Source of the DNA: Chloropicon primus
Lineage: Eukaryota
Assembly (NCBI GenBank): GCA_023205875.1
Contig: CP060754.1
Coordinates: 186,001-250,000, forward strand
Reading direction: 5' to 3'
DNA length: 64,000 nucleotides
This document shows, one piece after another, positions 1 to 8,842 of this stretch (the first letter of the stretch is position 1; every line of letters starts with the position of its first letter). Both the position numbers and the translations under genes were made by a program. The notes beneath the pieces are model-generated. The model saw nothing but the letters and a program-made list of their open reading frames with translations, searched no databases and was not told the origin of the DNA.

Positions 1-853
1 GCCTGGCGGTCGCGCCCCGAAAACGCCCCTTGGCTCTGCCGGTGCCGAACCGCGAAGGCCTCCCGACCTCACGACTTTGCGTGTTTTCTTTCCTTCGCGG
101 GAAACCGATGCGGACCACCACTTCCCTGTCTCGGGCCGCGATCCCTGGTCCCTGCCGATCCACCCGCGGCGTGAACAAACCTCCGCCGTGCCCAAGACGA
201 CGACGATCGAACGCGCTCGCCCTTTTCTCTCTCCCTTCGACTGCAGTCGTTTTGCGGTGAGGTCACGAGCTGTCTCCCCCGGCGCGGGAACTGAGGTTTG
301 GCGCCAACAACCTTTTTACGGGGGAAATGCGATTTCTACAGCCGGGGGTTGTTTTGGGGGCCGTTTTTGAAAAAAAAATTTGGAGGCCGGAAAAGAGGAG
401 AGGTTGGAAAAGTTGTTGAAAATGGAAAACGAGCTTCAGGAAACCCAAGGGAAGGAGAGGGGAGGGGGATCCTCCTCATTCCTTTGGTCCGGCCAGGAGA
501 GGCAAGATCGCTCTTGCCAATCCAAGGGGCAAGTGGACAGAGCGTGGACCCGACCCGACCTTGGCTTGGCTTGATGGTGATGATGATGATGGGTTGTTGT
601 TTGTTACTGTATATATTTTCTGTATTCCTTTTATCAATATACAACAATAGGATCGACTCCCTCGTCGTCACGAAACGCATTGTAAGCCTGATGATGGTGT
701 TGCAAATGATCTGGGAGAGCAAGAATCCCCTGATGTATGGCTGCCACGACCGGTCGATCATGCTGCAGTATTTCTCCCCTCGACCTCCCCACTCCCTCCC
801 CACTCCGTTCTCTTCGGGCAATGGTCCTCTGAATCCTATGGAATCTTATGATA

Positions 854-878
854 TGTGTGTGTGTGTGTGTGTGTGTGT
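854..878. repeat. (TG)n microsatellite
   Basis: Direct reading. Confidence 0.9.
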
Positions 879-958
879 TGTGGTGAATCCTTCCCATGAA
901 CAATAACCTTTCTCGTGTGCTCCGGGCGGCTTGGCTGGGACTTGTTTGCCCCCTTGTG

Positions 959-2198
959 CTACACCGCGGAGTTTTCGTCCTCGGTAAAGTCAAACCACTT
1001 CCAAGGAATTTTGTTGGCGTCCTTGCCCTGGGTCTTGTGGAAGATCCACAGGCAGAGGATCACCACGCCGATGTCGTGCAGAATGAAAAGGAATAACCGA
1101 AGTGCGATGCCCCCTGGCGACGTCGTCCCGCCTTTCCGTTTGCTACTGCTGCTGCCGGCCCGCTTGGGGGACAGGCTCCCCGCCTTTGCCGCCTCGTGAT
1201 GCATTGCCGTGACCGGAGTGCCAGCAATCTGCAGGGGGGCAGGGAGCGAAAAGCACCCGTTAGCTGATCTTGGAGGAGGCGCAGACTACAGCCTGTCGGG
1301 AGAGAAGGGGGTTCCGCTGGCTCTGGCCTCTCTTACCTGGTTGTTGTGCACGGTGTCGGCCCACGCATTCGATTCGGACGCTGTGGAAGGGTCCTCCTCG
1401 TCCTCCTCCTCCTCCTCCTCCCCTTTCCTCTTCCTCAGCATCGACTGGCCCGTGGGGAGGCTGCCAAAGGCGAGGTGAGGAGGCAGGTAGTCGTCTCGGA
1501 TATCCTGCGTGTACGCGAGAAAGAGTTGTGGGTGTGGGTGGGTGGTCAGCACTTGACGACGTCCCTGGCAAAGGTGGAAAGAGAAGCCTGTCTCACCAGC
1601 TTCCTAAAGTGCTCCTGCTGCTCCTTCCGCTGCTCCTGCAGCCGCTCCCGCAGCTTGAGCTCGTTCTCTTCTTCCACTTGTCGGAGCCAGGCCCGGGTCT
1701 CCATGAGCTGTGCGTCCACCAGGGCTGCCTCCGCCTCCTGCTCCTCCCGCTCGAGCTCCATGTTTCGCTCAAGGGGAGTCTTGCCAACGAAGTCTTTCGT
1801 CGAGACGGGCCTCAACGTCCCGTCCAGCTCGCGCTTGTAAAACTGTCCATCAACTGTCGTGTAATCTTTTTCAACAACCAAAGGGGAGCACACGCAGGTC
1901 GCACACACACCAAAGGGGAGCGTCCGTCAGCACCGAGGCAAAGTGGCTGCGCAGAGGGAGTGAACCTACCTGGCCCGGTGAGGGGTGGGCTATCCGGCCT
2001 GGTGCTCGTAAACACGGTGAGCTCTCTGAAGTTTGCAGGCTTGGAGACAACGAAAAGTGCACGGCCAAGAAACAGGAAAAGGTTGTCAGAGACCTTGTTT
2101 CCCCATACTCCGCGAGTCGACGAGAGGTGAAAGATGGCTGGGCTGTGCCTTACCACATTGAGGGTCGTGTCATCGACACCGTTGGCCTGCTTCGCCAT
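959..2198 (-). CDS. Unknown coiled-coil protein with C-terminal transmembrane segment (tandem paralog A), 5 exons
   Basis: ATG 2198 (MAKQANG). GT-AG introns at 2040-2153, 1866-1969, 1505-1596 and 1229-1336 join ORF pieces in frame (...EQQEHFRKL|DIRDDYLPPH...HNNQ|IAGTPV...). Ends with a hydrophobic segment, then FHKTQGKDANKIPWKWFDFTEDENSAV*. Confidence 0.7.
1410..1694. repeat. 285-bp direct repeat, copy 1 (identical to 2895-3179)
   Basis: Base-by-base comparison at offset 1485 showed no mismatch. Confidence 0.95.
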
Positions 2199-2442
2199 GA
2201 TGGTCCCCCGCCGCGGTGATCCTCGCGGACGACCAGCCTTTTGTTTGAAATACAAGAAAAGAGTGTGAAAATGTTTAGAGGACGGGAAGGGACCAATCAT
2301 GGCCGTGGGACGTCGTGGAGAACTGACAGCGTCCGCTCCCATGCGGACAAAACAACATATGGATACAGTAAACAAATACGCGCATTTATTATGATACAAA
2401 TTCCAGAGCCATGAAGCACGTTGTGCTTCCACCTGGCCTGTG

Positions 2443-2760
2443 TCAGACGACGGACTTGTCGTCCTCCGTGAACTCGAGCCACTTCCAAGGGATTTGGTTG
2501 GAGTCCTTCCCTTGAGTCTTGTGGAAGACCCATAAAGAGAGAATGACTACGCAGATGGTGTACAAGATCAAAAGGAAGAGACGAATTGTCATGCCCCAGC
2601 ATGACGTGCCGCTTTTCCTCTTGCCCAATTGTTTCGCAGACGTGGCCTCCGTCGAACCGCCTAGAGCTGCCACCTGATTGCCAGCAATCTGCGAGCGAGA
2701 GACAAGGACCCTGTTAGCCTCCTCGACAGCTGCTCATCTTGGTGGAGCAATCCACACACA

Positions 2761-2795
<35 letters not shown>

Positions 2796-3500
2796 TAAAT
2801 GCTTCTGGCCTCTCTTACCTGGTTGTTCCGGCCAGCCTCTGTCCACGACGTGTTTGACTCAGGGGCGACCGGAGAACCTTTCTGATTGCTGTCGTCCTCC
2901 TCCTCCCCTTTCCTCTTCCTCAGCATCGACTGGCCCGTGGGGAGGCTGCCAAAGGCGAGGTGAGGAGGCAGGTAGTCGTCTCGGATATCCTGCGTGTACG
3001 CGAGAAAGAGTTGTGGGTGTGGGTGGGTGGTCAGCACTTGACGACGTCCCTGGCAAAGGTGGAAAGAGAAGCCTGTCTCACCAGCTTCCTAAAGTGCTCC
3101 TGCTGCTCCTTCCGCTGCTCCTGCAGCCGCTCCCGCAGCTTGAGCTCGTTCTCTTCTTCCACTTGTCGGAGCCAGGCCCTCGCCTCCTCGAGCCGCGCGG
3201 CCTCCAGATCCGTTTCCTGAACAACATCCTTCGCGCTCACTGGCATAAGACTCCCATCCGAGTCGTACGTCATGACTTCAACCTCATCTTCATCGTCGTC
3301 CTCCGGTCCATAATCTATTCGAGGGAAAGAAAACCAAAAGACACGAGAACAAGCTCCCTTCGGTCAGCAGTAGTGGCAACAGAGCCGCGTGTTGCACAAA
3401 AAAGGGAAGAACAAAAACATGAAAGAAGGGTTGTGGGAGAAAGAGACGGACTCTACGCACCTTGTCGCCCAAGATGTGGACTGTCTCCCCTCGAGTCCAT
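2443..3500 (-). CDS. Unknown coiled-coil protein with C-terminal transmembrane segment (tandem paralog B), 4 exons
   Basis: ATG 3500 (MDSRGDSPH). Introns at 3315-3460, 2990-3081 and 2689-2818, in the same positions as the last three introns of paralog A. C-terminus FHKTQGKDSNQIPWKWLEFTEDDKSVV*. Confidence 0.7.
2753..2795. repeat. Compound (CA)n(GA)n microsatellite inside an intron of paralog B
   Basis: Direct reading. Confidence 0.9.
2895..3179. repeat. 285-bp direct repeat, copy 2
   Basis: Identical to 1410-1694. Confidence 0.95.
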
Positions 3501-3738
3501 GATTGCCGTAGGAGGAACGCAAATCCTGCACCGTCCTGTGCTCCGTCTCCTCCTGGTTCTGTGCTGATCATCATTCAAATTGGTATTGGTAGAGGCCGAT
3601 TGTCCATTATACGGGGACCAAGGTCCTCATCAGCTGAGGAGGAGGAGAGGAGAGGAGGAGGACGGTGATGATAGGATAGGTGAGGGCGAGGGGGAGGGGG
3701 AGGGAGGAGATTGTGAGGTTTGAGCGCAAGACCTCACA

Positions 3739-5052
3739 ATGAGGAAGATTCCCGGACAAGCGAGAAACCCGGGAAGCTTCCTGGGGAACTTTAAACTCTG
3801 GTGGCTCTGCCTCAACACTTTACTGGTCGTGGGACTTCTGTCAAGGAGGTTGTTGGATTTGGAACCAAGCCCAACGGGCCAGTTTCAGGCGTGCCGGGAC
3901 GCGAACACCCCTTGCGCGCCTGAGTGCGGCATACATGGGGTATGCAAATACGGCACGTGCGAGTGTGAGAAGGGCTGGTCTGGGGAGGATTGTGGTATCA
4001 GAACTTGCCACAGGAACTGCAGCAACAACGGCTTTTGCTTGATTGAGACGGGAACTTGTGTTTGCAACCGGAGGTTCACGGGGGAAGACTGCTCGGTGGA
4101 CGTGAGCCTTCTCAAGGAGGAAGAGATTTATAAGGCTGTTTCCGAAAAAATCGATCAGAACGGGAGGTTGGACCGTGAGGTTGAGCACTTGGTGAACGCA
4201 AGATCTGCGAAGAAGTACCACTTCGAGCTCTGCAGGAACAACAAAGGCCCGTGCTCCAGCAACTGGCTGACGCAGATGGTGCCACTTATCCCGCTTCTGC
4301 CGAGGGACGACATCCACTTGAAGCTACACAGCTGCGCCCTCGTGTCTAGCGGGAAGGGCATCGTGTACAACGCCTCCTCGGAATACAGGGAAACGCGGAG
4401 AGGGGAAGACATTGACAAGCACAAAGCGGTTTTCAGGCTGAACAACGCTCCCACGGAGGGTTTCGAGGAATGGGTGGGGCGGAGGACGACCCACAGACTG
4501 GTAGAGGGGGATTATGCGCAAATGGTTCAAACGCTGCTGGGTACGGAGGTGACGTTGAACGAGACCAAGTCAGTCGTATCGCCGATGAACTGGTGGGTGG
4601 GGGGCTACCCCCAAGTTGAAAAGGTGACGTACATTATGGTGGTATACCCAAACATTATAAGGAACCAAATAAGGCCGCCGGACAGCAACGGTTACGGGCC
4701 GTTCCGAGACGTCTTTCCGGGGAACAGGAGGCACATCCTGTCGCCCCACCTCATGAAGGAGATCATGGACATATACTCAAAGTACAGAGAAGAGATCAAG
4801 AGCAAGGGCTTGGGCTGCTACAAAGCAAAATCTATCAGAGTGCCCCAGATGTTCACAGCCTTGATGTACTCCCTTCAAGTCTGTAAGGATGTTCACGTGT
4901 ATGGTGTCTCCGCTGACTCGATCGGGGACCAATGCTGCTATCACGAGATCACAGAAGGCTTTTCGAGTCGGAATCCTATCTGCGATGACCTCACGAAGAG
5001 CCACGTCTTCCGAATGCTTCTGAAAACGAATCGAGTCTTCCTGTACAAGTAA
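3739..5052 (+). CDS. Type II membrane GT29 (sialyltransferase-like) protein with two EGF-like repeats
   Basis: N-terminal TM (WWLCLNTLLVVGLL). EGF repeats CGIHGVCKYGTCECEKGWSGEDC and CSNNGFCLIETGTCVCNRRFTGEDC. Sialylmotif L (CALVSSG...GEDIDKHKAVFRLNNAPTEGFEEWVGRRTT) and S-like motif (ALMYSLQVCKDVHVYG). Confidence 0.85.
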   Translation: MRKIPGQARNPGSFLGNFKLWWLCLNTLLVVGLLSRRLLDLEPSPTGQFQACRDANTPCAPECGIHGVCKYGTCECEKGWSGEDCGIRTCHRNCSNNGFCLIETGTCVCNRRFTGEDCSVDVSLLKEEEIYKAVSEKIDQNGRLDREVEHLVNARSAKKYHFELCRNNKGPCSSNWLTQMVPLIPLLPRDDIHLKLHSCALVSSGKGIVYNASSEYRETRRGEDIDKHKAVFRLNNAPTEGFEEWVGRRTTHRLVEGDYAQMVQTLLGTEVTLNETKSVVSPMNWWVGGYPQVEKVTYIMVVYPNIIRNQIRPPDSNGYGPFRDVFPGNRRHILSPHLMKEIMDIYSKYREEIKSKGLGCYKAKSIRVPQMFTALMYSLQVCKDVHVYGVSADSIGDQCCYHEITEGFSSRNPICDDLTKSHVFRMLLKTNRVFLYK

Positions 5053-5130
5053 CAATGATAATAATAAAACACATGTATTTACGACGTTTTGTATCTGTAG
5101 GCACCGAGAGTTCCTCTCCTCTCGTACTTT

Positions 5131-6714
5131 TCACAAAGCAACCACCAGCTCTTTGTACACTTCGCAGAGATCTGGTATTTCTGATATCTTGATGTCCCCG
5201 TACTCTACGTGGTTCCACTTGGTGATGCTGGAGATGTCCTTTCCTTGCTGCCTGGCGCGCGCGAGCAGCTTTGGAAGGATGCACTTGTAGTCGTAGAGCA
5301 GCGCCTGCACATCTTCCGGGGTTAGGTTTTCGGGCTCCACGGTGGTGAAAAACGAGCGTGCCCGGGCCAGCGCCGCTTCCTTCCCTAATTCCCTGGGCAA
5401 GCTGGGGTCGACTTTCATTGCAATCTTCAGAATTTGCAACTGTGCCTCCTTGAGTCTGCTCTCCTCTTCCTGGCGATGTGGAGTTCCCGCAGCTGGATTC
5501 CGTGGGAGCCCCATCCGCTGCCTGAGACAGCCCAGGATCGAGGTCTGCTCTGCGGAGGAGTTCATCTGCATCCACCCCGGGTTCGCGTCCTCCCGGTCCG
5601 CTTTGGGAGTTTGTCTCGCAAAAATCTTCGAGGTTATCGCAGACGTGAGGTTCTGGACCGAGGACGCTGCTGTTGTCATCTCGTCCGCTCCTGTCGCCGA
5701 TGGCAACAGCTCGTCGTCACTCCCTTCCAGGAACCACATGTCTCCGTAAGTAGACTTCCCGTTGTAACCTCCGAACAGAAGGAGCTTGTTCTTGTCCACT
5801 AGGGTGAGAGAATGGTGGGCTCTCTCCGAGGGCTCCTCCCCCATGGAGGGCACTTTCACCCACCTCACAGACTCCCTGTCGATCACAGCCACGTCCTTGT
5901 GGTAGATCGCCTTCCTGCTCAACCAGCCCTCGTCTCCTCTGCCGCCATACACGATCATCTTTGCGCCTGCGTTGACGAAGCCGTGCCCGGATCTCCCAGC
6001 CGGGCTCGGCCCCGACAACTGCATCTTCACCCACCGGGGAGAGTTGTCTTGCTGTGATTCTGGGGTTCCCCCCGCGCTCGAGTCCCTGAACAGGCCCTTG
6101 AGCGCCCAGAGGTCTCCCAAGTACTGCGTGTTCGTGGTCTCCCCGCCAAACATGAGAATGCCTTGGTGAAGCATTGCGAGCTTGTGGCCCGCACGAGGAG
6201 AAGGTAGGGTCCCGCCCACCCTCACCTGCGTGGACTCCAAGGTGACCACGTTGATCACGAAGACGTCGTTCAGCCAGCGAATTCCATCGTAGCCCCCGAA
6301 CACCAGAACGCGGCTCTCGTCCAGCCCTATGCAGTCCGCCTTCTCCCTCGCGTCTGGCTTCGCCCCAATCAGGTTCAAGCAAGTCCACTCCCACAGGTTC
6401 GTGTCCAGCTTCCAGACCTCGTTGTGTACCCGCGCACCCGTCCGGCCCCCAAAGTAGTACACGCTCGTGCCTATGACAGCACCGCAATGGAACGCCCTCG
6501 GACTCGGCCCTCCCGTCGTCTGGGGCCTCGTCCACAACCCGTTCTCCAGGTGAAGCACCACGAGGTCCCCCAGAAACTGCCTGTCGTTCGTCCCCCCGTG
6601 AAACACGACAAGCGTCCCGTCCCACACGCTCGACTTCACCTTCACCACGCAGTGGCCGCACCGCGCAGATGGCGGAGGCTCCCCGTACGTGCACTGGTAC
6701 CTCTTCCACAGCAT
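5131..6714 (-). CDS. Kelch-repeat beta-propeller protein
   Basis: Six kelch repeats (PSARCGH, PSPRAFH, PDAREK, PSPRAGH, PAGRSGH, PSERAHH with FGG/YGG). Start at ATG 6714 or 6786; the upstream part of the listed ORF overlaps the divergent RING gene. Confidence 0.85.
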   Translation of the reverse strand: MLWKRYQCTYGEPPPSARCGHCVVKVKSSVWDGTLVVFHGGTNDRQFLGDLVVLHLENGLWTRPQTTGGPSPRAFHCGAVIGTSVYYFGGRTGARVHNEVWKLDTNLWEWTCLNLIGAKPDAREKADCIGLDESRVLVFGGYDGIRWLNDVFVINVVTLESTQVRVGGTLPSPRAGHKLAMLHQGILMFGGETTNTQYLGDLWALKGLFRDSSAGGTPESQQDNSPRWVKMQLSGPSPAGRSGHGFVNAGAKMIVYGGRGDEGWLSRKAIYHKDVAVIDRESVRWVKVPSMGEEPSERAHHSLTLVDKNKLLLFGGYNGKSTYGDMWFLEGSDDELLPSATGADEMTTAASSVQNLTSAITSKIFARQTPKADREDANPGWMQMNSSAEQTSILGCLRQRMGLPRNPAAGTPHRQEEESRLKEAQLQILKIAMKVDPSLPRELGKEAALARARSFFTTVEPENLTPEDVQALLYDYKCILPKLLARARQQGKDISSITKWNHVEYGDIKISEIPDLCEVYKELVVAL

Positions 6715-6879
6715 CTCGTCCCCTCCCTCACTCTCACACACCCCTGGCTCCTCTCGCTCTCTCAGCCGAAGAGGAGCGTTTGTCATATTCGAACGAAGCC
6801 GAAGGAGGGAGAGAGGGGGAGAGAGAAGAGGGCGAGGTGGTGGAGGGAAGGAGGAAGGGGGAGGGGGAGAGGGAGAAGC

Positions 6880-7624
6880 ATGGCGTCGACGAGCGCGGCG
6901 GTGGTGATATTGGACGACGAGCCGGTGTGCGCGAGGGCAGCCTCTGTCTCGGGGAGGGGGAGCTCCGGAGAGGGAGCGAGCACGTCGTCGAAGGAGGCTG
7001 GGCAACGGCAGGACCAGAAACGCAGAAGGGTGAGTGATCGAGCACACGTTTCGAGGGGAAGGAGGGGCTGACAAGTTGTTTCCTCGTCGTTCTTCCATCC
7101 GTTATCTCTTCGCTGCTTTCGTCGCTTCAGGTGGCCCAGACGGAGGTGGTGGACTTGACGTCACCCACGCTGCCGAAGAAGAAGACGCGCAACGGGGACA
7201 AGGACGGCGTGAAAGACTGCGTGAAGGTCGTCAAGGCGGGGAAGCGTTTGAAGAGGAAGGTGCCCCCTCCCAAGAAGAATCCGCCGCTGCCGGATGTGTT
7301 CATAGCGGAGCAGCCACGGAAAAAGAAGCCTCCAGCCTCGACCACGAATGGCTTGGAGTGCAGAATATGCATAGACACGATGAAGCAGCCCACCGCCACG
7401 CCCTGCGGGTAAGTCCACCGGATCGCCCGCGATGCCTTCTCCGCCCGTGACCCGAGCTGACTGTGCCTCCTTCCTCTTCTCCCCCTCCGCCCGACGACGA
7501 CGACGAGCACAGGCACGTGTTCTGCTTCACCTGCCTCCAGGCGGCGATGCGCGTGAAGAAGGCCTGCCCCGTCTGCAGGAAGCCCATCCGGAGCCAGAAG
7601 TCGATCCACAGGCTGTACTTGTAG
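6880..7624 (+). CDS. C3HC4 RING E3 ligase with SUMO-interaction-like motifs (RNF4/STUbL-like), 3 exons
   Basis: Introns 7030-7130 and 7409-7512. RING CRICIDTMKQPTATPCG|HVFCFTCL...CPVCRK ending IHRLYL*. SIM-like VVILDDE and VVDLT. Confidence 0.8.
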
Positions 7625-7864
7625 AAAGCATAAGGCGATGGCGATACCATAACTAACTACGATACCATTAACACACCATCATGTATACAGTATATTCTTT
7701 TGCGGATGCTCTTCTCTCGTGGGACTAAAAGCCCTAAAAACCGTAGTAGAGTCCGTTTCGCTGTCGAGGCTGCACGGGCCCGTACTTGAACGAGTCGAGC
7801 ACCCACGTTCACGATCCGGGCGGGCGTGGCCTCACCGGCCTCGGGCCTTCCAGGGGACAGGTTT

Positions 7865-8002
7865 TGGGAATGTTGGCGCGGGAGGTGGAAATATTGGGAT
7901 ATGGAAATGTTGGTTATGGGTGTGGAAATGTTGGGTGGCGGCGGGGCTTTCCCCCCCTAACATTTCCAGTGTAGATAACCCGTCTTGAGTCCCACATTTC
8001 CC
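7865..8002. promoter_or_regulatory. Cluster of TGGAAATGTTGG motifs (4 forward, 2 inverted) upstream of RPL39
   Basis: Forward copies at 7865, 7886, 7902 and 7923. Inverted copies at 7957-7968 and 7991-8002. Function inferred from position only. Confidence 0.45.
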
Positions 8003-8077
8003 GTGGACTGCAGAGGAGAGAGGGGAGCGAGAGAGAGCGGGCAAGGAACACTTCGGAGCGAGACAACGTCGAACAAG

Positions 8078-8698
8078 ATGGTAAGTGCGCGACGCGAGAC
8101 AAGGGATAGCGGAGGGAGGGGGGAGCGGAAGGGCACGACGACGAACTCGGAGGGGACTTAGCCTCCCTTGCTTGCTTTTCTTTTTTTTCCTCGCACCTGT
8201 CTTCTTCGCGCGAGGAGGGTGAGGAAAGGAAGAGGTGACGAGGGGGCTGGGGGTGGAGTGTGTCGTGGAGTGTCGTGGAGTGCGTGCGTCGGTGCGGTCG
8301 AACGTGGGAAGACGCGCGACGGCCGAGGCTGAGTGCGGAGGTCCGTCCGCCGAAGTCGAAGCGGCGAAGACGCGCGGGTCTTGTCCCGCCTCCTGCTGCT
8401 TTCCGAGAACCACCGCACCGCGCCTCCCTTTGCCGTTCGAGGAGGAGACGGAAGGGAGCCCGCGACGACCCGAGGGGCGAGAGGCTTTGCGAACCGTTCT
8501 TTTGATGCTGACTATTCTCCGCCTCCTTGTCGTTTTCTTTCGCAGCCATCTCACAAGACTTTCAAGATCAAGCGCATTCTGGCCAAGAAGCAGAGGATCA
8601 ACAGACCTTTGCCTCAGTGGGTCCGTCTGCGAACTGATAACAAGATCAGATACAACAGCAAGCGCAGGCACTGGAGAAGGACTAAGCTCGGATTGTAA
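8078..8698 (+). CDS. RPL39: 60S ribosomal protein L39
   Basis: ATG|GTAAGT, intron 8081-8545, then [50 protein letters not shown]. Confidence 0.97.
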
Positions 8699-8842
8699 AT
8701 TCTTCCTGGCCGGGCTCACCGTTTCGGTGACTTTTGAGTTGGGGGATGGGTTTTACATCTCTAAGTTTATGAACATAGCGTCTGTAATAAAAGCAGGTTT
8801 TTAGGCAAACACCGTCGACGTAGTAGGTGGTACCTACCTTTC

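Noticed and set aside
269..278. GCTGTCTCCC shared with 29791-29800
   Set aside because: Too short, and a similar word occurs in coding sequence; cannot be distinguished from chance.
1..950. Short ORFs and homopolymer-rich stretch at the window start
   Set aside because: No coding bias or motifs; probably promoter or UTR sequence. No element termini identifiable.
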